A DNA stretch of 61,042 nucleotides, counting the filler, from Catajapyx aquilonaris (lineage: Eukaryota): NCBI GenBank assembly GCA_000934665.2. It is 2 parts of 2 records of this genome, joined end to end, with 100 filler letters (N's around TTAATTAATTAA, not from the genome) between each part and the next. Parts side by side here need not be neighbours in the genome. Positions count along the whole stretch, not along the records: positions 30,550 to 61,042 come from KZ539186.1; 1 more part is not named here. One strand, 5' to 3'. Position 1 is the first letter of the stretch; each line of letters begins with the position of its first letter. The notes under the pieces are model-generated. The model had not been told where the DNA came from. It searched no databases and saw only the letters and a list, made by a program, of their open reading frames with translations. Below, in pieces: positions 36,901 to 61,042 of this stretch. The position numbers and the translations under genes were made by a program.

Positions 36901-39900
36901 GCGATTACCCCTGGGTACTTGAGCAACTTCTGTCTGTAACCAGTTGGGCGGAAGTAGTCAAGTTGAAGCAAACTGCACTTTTGTACATCTGATCTGGCCT
37001 ATACTCCGGATTTGGTCGTCTGCCTGGACTAACCTTACCTGTTGGAGAAGACTTTGTAAAGGCGTCTCCCGGACTCGGTTGTAAGCCGCGGCTAAAATGC
37101 AACCTGGTTTTTATCAAAGGGATTTTAAAGGCGGTCGGACCAGTTTTATTAAATCGTACGGGCAGGGCTACAGTGCAGTCACGAAGTGTTGGCGGCCCTA
37201 ATTGGTTGAGGTAGCCAGACTCTACAGTGTGCTTAACCACTATTAAACAGTAAACATAGCCATCCTTGAGCATGATGGCACCACAGGGTAAGTCTGAGCT
37301 AGAGCTGTACTGTAGCGGCCAGCTTTTTGCGTTATGATATCATTGGTGAATTGGATGTGACATCAGTAATGGCTGAGTTTTTTTTTTTGGGGGGGGGGGG
37401 AGGCCTATGAGGGTTGTCAATATAGGAATGCAGCCGGGTTGCCAACATAATGAAGTTTTTTTTTTTTTTTTTTTGCCATTCTCGTAATAAGTTTGAAGCT
37501 ATTTGAGGAAGCTCAGGGGCCTGTGTAATAACGAAGTTTGTAGCTATAGCCTGTCCCAGTTTTGAGCAAAATAGAAGTCGCAACCTCACTGACATGTACT
37601 TTGATTAAAAGAGAGCTAGCTAATTCAGTATAAGGTTTGTTATTACCGTTGCTATATTAGTGCTTCTAATAATAGTCTAGTTTGGCATAACCGGAGTCGA
37701 CTATAATTTTCGTGCCACGTGTATATGAATTGAACGTTATGAAGCTCCCCTGATTTTCTATGGATGCTTATGCATTACAGTGCCAGAATAGACATTAGCT
37801 GATGATACGGTTGGCCGGATACAGACCGGCATTGACGAATAGAAGTGCCCCAGTTACAACATGCCTTGAGGTCGGGTATACTTTACACCTCAAATTTAAG
37901 CTGATGTAACGCAACACCTTGGCGCGATTTCAAATAGCTCCCCCGTCTCTCTACCCCTACGCAATCGACCACTTCCGAGGAGATAGGGCCCTGTGGTGGA
38001 ATGTGAACGGTAGAAGCTATTCTCCCATTCTGGGAAACTGGCAAGGGAATCTCGACCTCTTTTTTTTCTCCCCCCCCCCCNNNNNNNNNNNNNNNNNNNN
38101 NNNNNNNNNNNNNNNNNNNNNNNNNNNNNNNNNNNNNNNNNNNNNNNNNNNNNNNNNNNNNNNNNNNNNNNNNNNNNNNNNNNNNNNNNNNNNNNNNNNN
38201 NNNNNNNNNNNNNNTTTTTTTTTTTTTTCCTGAAATGGGGATTCTGTCCAGTGTATATTATAGTGGAGGTGCCGAGCCTCGTTTCTTACATCGATTTTCT
38301 TCTGGGTTCTGTCACATTATACATACATTCGTCTGATGAGATGGTATGACTACAGGGCTCTTCACTGGAATCTCTAATAAAGGAGTCAATATTAGAGAGG
38401 AGACTGCGGGTGGGGGAGTTCAAAACACTGTTAGTAGGCTTGAAATATTTGGCTAGGGTCGTAATAATGTTGGTGTTATCAACACAGCACATTGGTATTG
38501 ACTAACCCCCCAGTAGGCTGGTACAGCACATTTCCACCCAGCTGGACACCAGCAGGCATGTACCAACCAGAGCGTTGCCAAGTAGTGCCAGCAGGGAAAC
38601 TGGCACGGCCATGCGTGACTATTGGGAGCCCTGATGCATTTTAGACCTATCTCTCGTAATGTTACGGACAAGTTCTTTTACATGCCTCCAGGGCTCTTTG
38701 TGACCCCAAGTCCTATAGAGATAGGAGTTTCCTATCACTTTGAAATGGATATTGGGAGGTGGCACCCTCCACTTTGTATAACGATATGTGACGACGCCTA
38801 CCGATTGGCTGCCCTGTTTTTCACATGTGGGATGATCAACCCCGCTCTTTTTTTTAAAAAAAAAATCCGAATGGGGAGGATGTTGAGTACCATTGGCACA
38901 CGGATATTGTGAAGGGGACTCTAGAGTTCAATTACACTACCTGAATTCGACATACAAATGTCGTGGGTATGCGTTAATTAATTAGATGGTCACTTACGCA
39001 CGAGTACTACCCGCTTCAAAAAAAAACAACAACTAGCTGAATGATATTTCACGCCGCACATGGTGGGTTACATAATGAGATGGAAAGTAAATGGGACCTT
39101 TTTATTTAGAAATAGAGCGCGCGGCATGAAGGTAGCTTTTTATGGGTTCAGATTAGGCCTATTTTTACCCCGATTGTTCCCCAAGCTATATTTGAAAGCC
39201 CCCGAAGAAAATGTCGGTGGGTAGCTTAATCAGATCTGGTTAATGCGGATGATTCCTAGAGGTAGGAGTGATGGGGGTTTTCGGGCATTAAGCAGCACAT
39301 CTGGGCTGAATAACACGCATGTGCACTTAGGTGCAGTGTGTACTCGCAAGCCACGTTAATGAATTAATAATAACCGGATGGTTGATGCAGCAGTGGGGGG
39401 GGGGAGGGGGCGGATGAGTAGTTTTCATCTAACTTGGCTCAGTACAATATCATGCAACTNNNNNNNNNNNNNNNNNNTTTTTTTTTCGATGGGGGGGGGG
39501 GGTGTTGCCTTGTTATTAACCTCTGAAGGTTAGATCAGTTAAATGTTAATGCTCTAGTTTTCCCCGCTTCCTTTGTTGATTATGCCTGGGTGTCGCACTT
39601 GTCGCCCATTTTCCTAGTTGGGGGGAGGGAGGGGGGAGGGGGGGGGGTAGATTTGCAATTCGAAGCGATGCCGATGCAAACCAAATTTTGTGACTAAGGC
39701 ATTATTATTAGATTCTGGGCGTGACGTTTAATCAAGTCAGGTGTGCACCGTCGATCTTCAGATAATTTTATTACGAGACGTTGCATATAGGGTCATACCC
39801 GCATCTAAAAAATTTTTGCGCGCGTCCCAATTTTCTTCAGGCCTCCTCTTTATATTAGGCAATCTGCTTCTCGTGCCCGGTTGTAAACCCAGCCAAGAGT

Positions 39901-42900
39901 GGTATGTTTCGCTGTCTTAACTTGGGATTGGTTTAGATCTTGCCTCTTTCATTTCCTGTTCCACGGACAGACAATTCTCAATCATGGCATCAGATTTAAG
40001 GAGGAAAACTCTGCACTGTGCAGGGTTTGAAGGAACTGAAAAATATCTATATGGGAATTGCTTGTATTGGGAACCATTATTGGAACGTGTTGCAAGAAGG
40101 GAAGTTATATAAGGCGAGGGTTACATAAGTTGTTTCTATGGAGAACAGCGACAGGAAATCTCGTTTCTGCTAGCCACAGTTTTTTTTTTTTTGTATGGCG
40201 TGTCGGCTTATTTTTTTAAAAACACGATGGTGGTGGTGAATATTTTTAATTGCGCTGGTGGTGAGAATAATGAACAATTACCACAGGGTCTGTTTAGCGA
40301 AATCCAACAGGTAATATGAATCGATTTGGCCGAGCTTGCCATCGATTGGTTGAAGTGGAAAAAAAAGTACTTCCGAACGTGGGAAACGGCTNCCCGCTCT
40401 TTTTTTTTTTATCTCACCATTTCCTAGGAGTGGGATTCGGAAACCTTAGAAACTAGGTGGGGAAAGGGACCAAAAACCTGGCTGTAGGATTTCCAGTGGA
40501 GAAATGTAAAAGGTGGGGTGTGATGGTGAAAGGCCAGCCTTGAGGTGCTTTGATGCGACAAAAGTTGAATGGGGAAAGGGTATGGGGAGGGGGTGGTACA
40601 AGGCAACTATGCTATTTCCAACCTTGGATTTAATTTTTGCCAAGGCAAACATGGAATTTATTTCCAACTGTTGATTNCCCCCCCCCCCCACCTACACGTG
40701 ACATCCCTGGTCGGTGTGTGACGGCAGGGGATTATTCACGGGTATTGGTCCCGTAACAATTGGCACGTACCCAGTAACACGGTGTCTTGTTTATGGTCGA
40801 GATATATAATTTTATGGGACGGAATATTTGCTGTCTTAAGAATATGGAAGATACTGAATATTTATAGACCTGTTGCCTTGAGGGGGGTACCCAGGATGCT
40901 GTCATACCCATGGTTCAGATAGTGCTAGCAATTGTTGTGTTCTAAGAAGCCTTTGCGTCACCACCTCCTATTGGTCTGATAACGAGGTGTCGCAGCCGAT
41001 ATCTAGGCACTAGGGGGTCTACCTATTGTACAATTGGCTATTCTCAGAATTGCAGAAGTGTGAGAGGCAATATTCCTTCTCCAAGCAGTGGCATCCAAGC
41101 TTTCTTACAGAGTGTGAGTGTCTGGCCTTTTTGTATGGGGATATCACCTTTAAAGTGTGCAGTAGCCCCTCCCCCAAAGTTGAACCTGTCGCTGTGGAAG
41201 TGGGGCGGGGAAATGAGATGAAGAGGGGTTACAGGAAGGACCATCTGGGAGCAGATGAAGCCGCCATGCCTCATTTCCTATTTAGGAGGACATGTTGGCA
41301 AGAGTTAATTGATCTAGTAGTTCTCCTTGCACTCGCAGGTTGCAATCGCGGCGACCCTAGGGCTGATCGCTGCTTTTTTACCTCGGCATACTTTGTTGGT
41401 GCATAGTAAGTTGCATACCATCAGGGGCTTTCAATATGTATAGCGTTGGTGACTGGTTGATGTGGCTGGGAAAACAATTGGGCTTTCGATGTAATTAGTA
41501 ATTTTTTATGCAAATATTGGGAGCAATTAAATTCATGGGGGGGGGGGGGGACAAACCTAATTGCGTTGCTGCTGATTCGAGGGATATGATTTTAATGTGT
41601 AATTGACCAATGGGGAGATGGAACTGGTTGGCAGATAATTGTGGTTGGCCAATTGTCATAATGGGCGGATACACCCAGTGTAGTTAGTGTAATTAGAACG
41701 CCATAGTGCTGACCTTTTTGATATAAAAAATAGTAGTAGTTTCTATTTAATTGCAATCAGCGATTAGTTGAAGAATAATTTGTCACGTTCATAATTAACG
41801 TTTTTAGTCTCAAGATATAAAATTTGCAGCAAACTCGATTGATTTGCGGCGGATTAGAGCGTTATGATTTTAATTTATAATTCCCCCATCAGTGTGAAAG
41901 CGTACCGTTATGATTTTAATATATAATTGGCCAATTTGGGGGGTGCGGAGCAGCTCTTGTCGATATAATATAAAGCATAGCATTCAACTGACCAGTTTCA
42001 GTGAACCGTACTTAGTGACAGTTGTCATCCCCGCGATTAATTGCGCACTTTGGCCTATGTGAAGGAGAATCAAAGTCGCAGCTCGTATCACTACGAGAGA
42101 AATTGGCAGCCATTACTCTTTTTTTTTTCTTCCGCCTCAAGTACACCAAACGAGGCGAACAAATTCGCAAAAATGATAGGAGCTAACATCGATTGCGGAA
42201 GGACGACATTTATCATCAAGGGGACAGTGGTCTTTATGCGCCGGGCAATTTGCTCCACTAGGGGTATGGACTATATTTTATCTTGTGTCAATTGATCGAT
42301 ACTTGAAGGTAATTAAATCTCCTCCCATGTAGGATATAGTCGAATCGATACGTTTGGCGCCGTAGATGGAAAATTAGACGCGTCTTGCGCTTAGGATAGT
42401 CCGCGCTGTCCATTAATTAGCAAAAAAAAAAAAAAAAAAACCCCAGCGAGGCTTGTTAATGAGCAATTTTCAAATAGCACGATTTTCAACCTCGCGTCGT
42501 GTGTGACACAAGACGCGGCCATCTTTGAGATTAGGGCGACGAGGGCAATGGTCAAATCCCAACCGGTGGTTCACCACCTGATTAACATTTATATTAAATC
42601 GCGCACTTGACTTTCAGGTGCTGGGTAGCAGCTAATTCGTGGAATAGTAAATCACCTGGATATTAAGCGATGAAAAGCAAATCCATTGCACTTGCGGAAA
42701 TTGAACCTCCTGGGAGCTCTTTATTGTGCGTTATTGTACCTGAAAGTCAACCTGGATTACCTGGACGAGGACATCGGTGGGTAATGAGAGCAAGGGGACG
42801 TTGAAGAAAAAGAAAGAAAAAAAAAGGTACGAGGTCGAAGGAATTAGGTGTACCCTTGTGTGGGGGGGTAGTACGGATTGCGTTTCAGAGCCACTAAAAT

Positions 42901-45900
42901 TAATTGCAAAGTTAATCTTGCATAAAGGTGAAAGCTTGGGGCTGCAACGGATTTGCGTACTCGGGAGAGTTGGAGGTGAACTTGTAGAAACCGAAGTGTG
43001 ACGTAACTGGATATATGTGGTCGTAATGGCATTTTGATACGACCCAGCTTGGGTTATCGGTAGTTTTATGCTGGTTTTATTGGGGGCCTGCTCACGTATT
43101 CGAGTGAAGAAATTGCTGCGCAGGGGATTGTTTGAATTTTAACAATTACGCGCATTGTCGCCAGAACTTTTTTTTTGTTTTTTGTTTGCAATACTGCGTA
43201 TACAGTTTGTGGGATGGGTCGAAGTGGCGGAGTGAGCAATTATTATTCAATACATGAGGCCAAAGAGTTACACCGTAGCACACTGTACAGAGACCATAGA
43301 ATGCAGCAGAAAAAGTGGGTCACTACAGTAGTTTAGGGGCATTGACATATTTGCACTGTCAAAGGGTCGAGTCGCACAGGAACCTTATTGCCTGAGTCCC
43401 AAAATGTACTTTGTCATTGTACTATAGTTTCATATGGCCTTGCCGCGTATCTGCTTATAGATGTGTCCTATAACCGAAATATATAATACCAGCACCGTGA
43501 TTCCTCATAGTTTGAATATAGCCTATTGACAGGTGGCGATTTTATTGGCGTGGGGCCTTTATGGTCTGGTCGCCGTAACTATGACACACAGGTGGCGATT
43601 TTGGAGGTGAAGATTGGCCACGTGTTGAAAAGGAAGTCTTTAATGTATTGGCAATAAGCAATTTTACATGGCATATCCGGCTGTTGCATTCCATCTCGTG
43701 TACACATTTTTCGTGCGGATATTTTTGGTCTGATATTTGCGTCACATTGTAGGATATGTTCAGTTATGTAAATATTAGGATTGTGGGCATGTTCCCGCCA
43801 TTTTTTGGGGGGTGTTCGAAACCTGGGTTGTGCAACATAACACGCTAAAAGCATCAAGATATGCACGAATTTGTGGGCAGCACTCATGATAACTGGGTCC
43901 AATTAACCGTGCACTAATTGTGCGCTGGTAATACTGTAAGCCACATATTTTCATGTATGAATTTGCACTGGTAATTGAACCTGCATAATTATTCCGCGCA
44001 TAACGCTGCAGCCTATTTCACGTCTCCCATTATAGACGCAGAATTAGGCAATGTTTGCACTGTTTGTTGGATATTGTGGACTAAAAAAAAAAAATTGAGC
44101 GAGAGACTTTCATCAAAGGCAGATTAACTGTTGGCAGGTTTTATCAGAGAATTGCGACACGTTCATGAGCCGTAAAGGTCACGGGGACGTCCACTCTTCA
44201 GAACGGTGTATTATGCCGAGGTTGAGGGAGTTTTTCGTCAAGAAAAATCTGGTTGCCTGCAAAAGACCCGTTGGTGATTGTCATTTCTGTTGGTACCTGT
44301 TCCCGTTGGGAGTTTCCAACTAGTACTTGTGTGTATGCTCTAAAGAAAAAGAGCGCAAAAAAAACAGGCTAAGTAACTCCCCGTTATAACCACTCGTTCC
44401 TGTTTAATTCTATAGACGTAGCGACCTTTCTCGTTCACTGATCAGGGTTGCCATATTTTTTGGAGAGACTCTCAGAGTCTTTTTTTAATTTTTTCAACAC
44501 CCAGGTAACAAGTCTTTGTTGAATAAAAAAAATTTTTGGAGCCTGCTAGCAGCGAGGAAGTGGAAAAGAAAAATATAATGAAATTATCACTATGGAAGGT
44601 TTAGAAGGGAAGAACGACTGACGTCATTACCGCCTTCCATTCCCCACTTCCACCAGCCTTTTTTCGTCTCATGTATGACACAAATAATTTATTTAATGAA
44701 GTCGAGGTCCCTTTGCTGGAGGGGTGGTTAAAAAAAAAAGAGGTCCATCCGGGACAGATTTGCTCTGAGATTTGATGTGTTGCCTGAGACTTGCGCCAAG
44801 GGAGTAACTAGATTAATAATTGAAGAAGCTTAAAGGTTAAAAAAAAAAAAAATCCTTCAAAATTTAGAGTTTGTCCATAGAATCTGGGTTGGAAAGTGCG
44901 TGGGGAAAGCCACACATTTTCCGATTTCTTCCCAAATGGGAGATAGGATGACCCACATGGAATTGTATGGAGGAGGGGGGGGGGGGACACCCAATGATAA
45001 CGCTCGTCTCTCACGCATGCAATTGTTAGTTACACTCTAGTTGAATTCGCCTGATTTATTAGCCCACACGAAATGTGTTTTTCACACAATGGTCCACATA
45101 AAGTATGGTGGAGGGTGACAAACAAAATAGGATTACGTAAATTTTGGCGAGCAGGTGTATAGAATGTTGGAGTGAACGATGGCGCCCACATCTCAGTGCC
45201 CTTAGGTTGATATGGGTTATCTGGATGATACAGGCTTTAGTTGCCGCAACACCTGTTGTGACGTGTAGAGTGCTGGGAGGGGGGGGAGTCATGTGAATGG
45301 CTCTTTAGGACTAGACTGGTGCTGGAGTTGGCTGTGTATAGCCGGGAACAGGATGCCTGCCATGTATCAGTAAGTTGGAGGAATGTGATGGTGACCCTAA
45401 AACGTGACTTGGTGTGTTATTAGTTGAGATCAGGAGGGTAGGAGATAGGTTAGTTGTCATTTAGGTGGTGATGGTTTTTTATGCTAACTAGGTGTGTTTT
45501 GTGCTTCTTAAATATGGCCGGGGGGGGGGGGGGTNGGGGTCGTAATGAAGTGGTTTAGCCTGAAAGATATGAAAAATGTTGTGAAATTTGCATATAACCG
45601 ACCCTGGATCCTGCGGAATTACAGACGTGTTTAATAAGGGACATTTTCGTGGATGCATAATGGCTTGTGACGTCATAAAAAAGTACAATTACGTTACTAA
45701 TGAGGAATTAGCTGTGTTTTTCAGGCAGTGTTTACTTATGGTACGTATAAATAGCAGGTTCAGGAGGTAAGGTTGGTATCAGTGGGTAGAGGGGGACATG
45801 TTTAGTGTAATGCACATTGCATAACTCGAAAATGATTTAAAACTGGCAGACTAGACCTGTTGCACCTGCAGCAACCACTCCTTTCCTGGATAAAAAGGCA

Positions 45901-46443
45901 GAGTAACCTGGCTATGACGCAGACGCCCTGTTTCGATTTTTTAAAAAATTATGCCCCTAACAGTTTTCTCCGATGCTCCACATATCTAGTAATAAGTTAA
46001 CGTTATTCATAGATTTGATTATTCTGGATTTTCCACTCAGTTTTTAAAAATTTCATATTGCATTGAGTGTCATTTTAAAGCTTCATTGTGGTTAACTTGC
46101 TTCTCATTCGGTTTTAGTTGACAATATGCGATCGGGCTTCATTTATCACTGCCATTAAAATGAAAATTCGGGATTTTTTTTAGCACTTTCGGTGGCCATT
46201 TTAAGCGCAAAAAATGGCAGATTTACGAGTTTCAGGCTAATGTTTCAACAAGTCAGGGAATAGGTGTTGAAAAGTTGAGTTTTACTTTTTCGTCTAATAT
46301 CATTAGGAACAACTTCCACTAAAAATGATTTGATACACGGAGCAAAATCGATTCTGGAGGGGAACCTTTTCATCCATGCGGAAGTGAGGTAAATTTTTGA
46401 AACACCTGGTGTACTGGTTTAACAGTATTTGTTCTGTGTTGTA

Positions 46444-47202
46444 CAGTGAAACCTGTGAAGTTGGACACCTTAATAAGTTGGCCACCTCCCTATGTTGGAC
46501 ATTATTTTTGGAACTGTCAAAAAGCCCATCCCCTGTAATGTTGCTAAGTTGGACACTTTTCCTCATCTTTTAAGTTGGATACTTATAGTACGATTTTCAC
46601 ATTTACTCTACATGCATTCAATCCCCCCCCCCCCCCAAAAAAAAACAAAANNNNNNCTTGAGCCATGCTGAACTCTGCATACATTCGTGTAGCTTTCCTT
46701 CATGTCTTCAAGTGACATTTCAACTGTATATGATAACATCCTGACAACATAGGATGAATATGGTGGCTATGCATATGAGGTGCTGAATCAGGTGTTGCAA
46801 GATACAGATAGTCAAGCAGAAAGTAAATCATGAGAAGATGAATGTGCTATAAAACCCATGTGTGCATTTAAAAATGGGAACTTTATGATTTGTCATGCCA
46901 CTCTTACTGATGTCATTTTTGCTGCCCAAAAGAAGATTGAAAATTCTCAATTAAACCAGCCATTTGTTACCAATTTATGAACCAAAAAGTAGGCCAGTGT
47001 CAGAAATTGCATGTACACTGTGCTGTACCATACCGAAAATAAGAAAACGTGCTTGGAAGTTGATTACTGAATGATTACTGTACAGTACTTACTCGTGCAT
47101 TACTCTACTGGACTATGAAATCCGAATGTATATGTTGGGCACCTCCCTATATTGGACATTTTCCTTGGAACCATCAGTGTCCAACGTAGACAGGTTTCAC
47201 TG
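46444..47202. mobile_element. pogo/Tigger-like non-autonomous element
   Basis: ta|cagtgaaacctgt ... acaggtttcactg|ta with TA duplication. The subterminal motif cacctccctat(g/a)ttggacatt occurs near both ends. Confidence 0.75.
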
Positions 47203-47747
47203 TATATATATAATCTGCATAATACGCGATTTTTTTGATAATGTGACATGGTATTCTGTTAAACTTTTCAAGTCTTTAAAAATAAAATGGCACGGGTATC
47301 ATAATATAAATTATAATATAGCATCTTTCTCGGCCCAAGTTAATGATCCAAGAGAGTGGACTGGGAAAAGTTGATGGATTATTCACCCCCTAGTGGATGT
47401 GCATGGTATGACTTGATTGCAGGAATTTAACAGAATTATGTATTAAAGGTTTCAGTAATGTAAACAGATCTGCAACACAAATGGAAACATGACCTATTGA
47501 TTAGGTGCCAATCAATGACATTAATTAGTGCTAATGGGTGATTTTTGTCCTCCATGCATTTGGAAATTTCACCTACCCCAATCTGAACAGGCGTGAAAAA
47601 AAAAAAAACAAAGCAAAAAATGAGGTATGGTGGGGTTGATTGACAATTTGGCATGGAATTAGTTAATTGGGCATAATTTTTCCAGTATTGTAACCTCAAT
47701 GCAGAAAAAAAGTTGGCTAAACAGTCCTCTGCCTGATCTCTTTATAG

Positions 47748-57827
<10,080 letters not shown>

Positions 57828-58422
57828 GTATGTACTGTTCCCCCCTGACCATTTATGCTTTGGTGGTAGAGCATATTTCATGTGACAAATTGGTTGAAAT
57901 ATTTATTGTGAAAATAAGCTGATATAATCTTTAGGACACTTATCTGTTCCAGGATCAGAATAGTACTGTAGCAGTTGATTTTGAATTTCTTCAAGGACAG
58001 AGTAGTAGATGCATTATATTGTTAGTATTTAATTACTTAAAATTGGCTCTTGGTTAATTGGGTCATGATAATTATAAAGTTTAACGTGATAATCAAAGAA
58101 TGTAGGATTTGAATTCTCCCAAGGTTTTTTACACCTTCCGATTTAGTATGCGAGAGATTCCAAATCATTGTGATTCCGTTTGGCTGTAGGTGTCAGGACA
58201 ATAGTACGGTACACAGTATGAAAAAAAACATGCAAGTAAAATTGCGATACCCAGTTACTTTTGAACCAGTTATTCACTCAGTGCACAAAGAAGGGGATTT
58301 TTTCTGAGGAAGTCATCCATAAAAAATTATGTAACATTTTGCATCATTGGGTCAAGGTCAAAAGCCTTTCATGCTGTATGTATTTTTGGAGCAAGGATTG
58401 AAAAATGTTTAAATCTGCAAAA

Positions 58423-58973
58423 GGACATGGCGGGAATTATGGGAAAATTTGAGCCAGATGGATTGGGATGAAACTTGGTCAGGTGATAGACCTTGACCTT
58501 AGCGTCAATTGTTCTGAAGGACGAAGAAAATCTACTGTGCCATTTGGCCGCGAGAGGCGCTCAAAGTCGGACTGTCAAGTCGTTTCTATCGGGCTCATTT
58601 TCACATATGCTGTAGAGTTTCATGAGTCGAGTCGAATGAGCCACGTGGCGATGTTCTGTGACAAACCATTTGGCTGATACACGCACAATCGAGTTCAACA
58701 TAGGACCTTGTAATGGGATTAACTGCCAAATGGTTTGTCACAGAAAATCAACATATGGCTCATTCAACTCAGCTCATGAAACTCTACAGCATATGTGAAA
58801 ATGAGTTAGATAGGATCATAGGAACCACTTGAAAGTCCGATTTTGAGCTCCTCTAGTGTCCAAACGGCACGGTAGATTTTCTAAGTCCTTCAGAACAATA
58901 AACTCTTAGGAAGGTCTCTCTCACATGACCAAGTTTCATCCAATTCCATCTGGCTCAACTTTTCCACCATGTC
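58423..58973. mobile_element. ~550-bp palindromic foldback element in a Hipk intron
   Basis: ttgagccagatggattgggatgaaacttggtca / tgaccaagtttcatccaattccatctggctcaa and ttttcacatatgctgtagagtttcatgag / ctcatgaaactctacagcatatgtgaaaa. Confidence 0.8.
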
Positions 58974-60116
58974 CTTCGTACATAATGCTTAGTTTTGCCA
59001 CTTTTTGTAGTTAGTAAATTTGGATTTTTTCCCTAATGCTAGTGTGACAAAGAGGACTCGCAAACCAAAGTTACTGTTTACCCTTGCATTGAAGAAATCA
59101 TCTTAGGACACTGGGGCTGGTGTAGCACCCATGTGGCATACTGGTATAGAGAAATTACTTTTGAGAGAATACTTTGAGAGAAATTACATGAATTTGGTAC
59201 CTGGATACAAATATGGTAAATGTTGGCCAATAACACTTGGTTTCAACTGGAAAATTTGCACAATTACAAAATGTTGTGTCAAAGTCATTAAGTTTTGCAG
59301 GCATGGCACAATTGGTGTTTATTATCTGATTCCAAACCCCTTCGTCCTTGTTACATTGAATGGGTGGCAGGACTAAGCCTTTACCCCACTCCAAAGGCCA
59401 TTGCATAATTTATGGACAACCTCAAATTCAAATTAAGTGACATAATTGCTTTAGAACAGTTTGCATGATTTATATGAATTTATTACAGTTTACATTGTTA
59501 CAGGCATAACTTTTCATTATAATCTACAAGGTATAAACAAATATATTGCTTACTGCTGCATTGAAAAAAACTATGACAACATGAGATGTACATAACAGTG
59601 AATGATCAAAGAAGATCCAACAGATTATGATAGGAAGGATGTGTACCTTCTGTCAAAAAAAACAACAAAAAAAGTCTTGGGTAACTATCCTGGCACTGTA
59701 GAACCACCAGCACTTGACCAAGTTGGACAAAATGGAACATAAAATACAAGTGTTGTATATTGCCAAGATGTGTGTCTCCTAAACTTTTTTTTGACACAGT
59801 ACAAATTATAACCAGTGCATTTATTTTGGAAAACACATAGTCATAAGGTTAACATAACCAGAGCTTTTAAATATATATAATATGACATCATATTAAAGAG
59901 TGGTCTCATATTTTTTTTACTATCTTAATTTTTTTTTACACCCATGCATTTAATTTTCATTTATTTTTCTTGGCTTGCAACATGCTTTTTATATTTGGAA
60001 GCTGCACTTCTTTTTGCAGATATGTAGCTCTTGAAAACCTGCTTCTGGGAAACATTTGAAAACCTCTTTAATACAAAGGAGAACAGGATTTGTGTAATGC
60101 AGGCTTTTCTTTAATA

Positions 60117-60573
60117 CACTGTACTCCCGATTATCCAGGCTAATGGTTGCACGAATGTTGCAGGATAATTGGAAAACACAGTTAATCGGAAAATGGTCCT
60201 AGATACCAGAAAATGGTCCTAGATACCGTAAAATGAGCTATCCACAGGTTTTAAATGAACGACTGTACTATATCGCTCAAAAACATAGAGACGATTTTGC
60301 ATTTGATTCAAGTGCAGGCTGCACTTGAGTCAAATGCAAAATCGTCTTGCATGTTTTTGAGCAATATAGTACATACTGTATTCTGCTTTAAATAAGATTT
60401 AATCAAAATTAGAAAACTTTCAGTAGATTTTTAGTTTGTATTATGGGAAAAGTATGTTATATTTCTTTGTTTGCGATAAAAATGGACATTTTTTCGGACT
60501 TGAATTTGTTTCAGTCATGTATTTATAATCCAAATCAAGGATAATCTGCATCCGGATAATCGGGAGTACAGTG
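60117..60573. mobile_element. TA-flanked Tc1/mariner/pogo-like MITE containing a nested hairpin
   Basis: ta|cactgtactcccgattatcc ... ggataatcgggagtacagtg|ta. A near-perfect hairpin lies at 60265-60372. Confidence 0.75.
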
Positions 60574-61042
60574 TAAATGTCAAGTTATGATTTTGCTGCT
60601 TATTTTCCCTTCCTATGGCTGTCCAGCGATATAGTGTATGTTCGTTTTATATACTTAAATCAAGACAGTCTGCTACACACTTCCTGTGTTGTGTGTGCTT
60701 TCTTTTCTTAGGAAGCCTTGTTGAGGTATTGGCTTTGGTACAGTTATAATACAATGTCACTTATACATACTGTCCATGCTATACTTTTCTCCTGTCTGTT
60801 ATTTGTAGAAGAAAGTGGTCTCTCTTTGTCATGCATAGTTTACTTCCTCACCTGACAGTAAGACATTTACGTCTATTGTTAGCTCAGTCAAATTTGACTT
60901 CAATCCTGTAAAATATACTGCAAATCTATTTTAATAATGGTTGAGAGTACTTGTTATTATGTATGTATGCCAGACTTCTCATAAGTCATAAGTCTCATAA
61001 GTCATAAGGGGGCCGTCCATAATCCGCGCGGACAAGTGAAGG

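Noticed and set aside
38081..38214. N runs (also near 39460 and 46651)
   Set aside because: Ordinary assembly gaps at homopolymers; ORFs spanning them are artefacts.

Overview
Eukaryotic (animal, most likely arthropod) genomic DNA from a gapped scaffold. Four protein-coding genes can be reconstructed by reading splice sites. (1) An intronless divergent ionotropic receptor (IR, 8415-10451 +). (2) An 11-exon, ~2171-aa FSIP2-like gene (23091-14442 -). (3) A two-exon, 129-aa mini-gene (13794-14324 +) that lies tail-to-tail with the FSIP2-like gene and is a stand-alone paralog of one of its internal Cys-rich exons; the ORF track shows only part of it. (4) A homeodomain-interacting protein kinase (Hipk, 47748 to >57827 +, 3' end not found in the window). 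The rest is a decayed Academ-like transposon end, a local segmental duplication bracketing the IR gene, many palindromic MITE/foldback elements (several nested), and an artificial six-frame-stop scaffold linker at 30450-30549. The most interesting signal is the FSIP2-like gene with its convergent single-domain paralog. All family assignments come from recalled motifs, not database searches.
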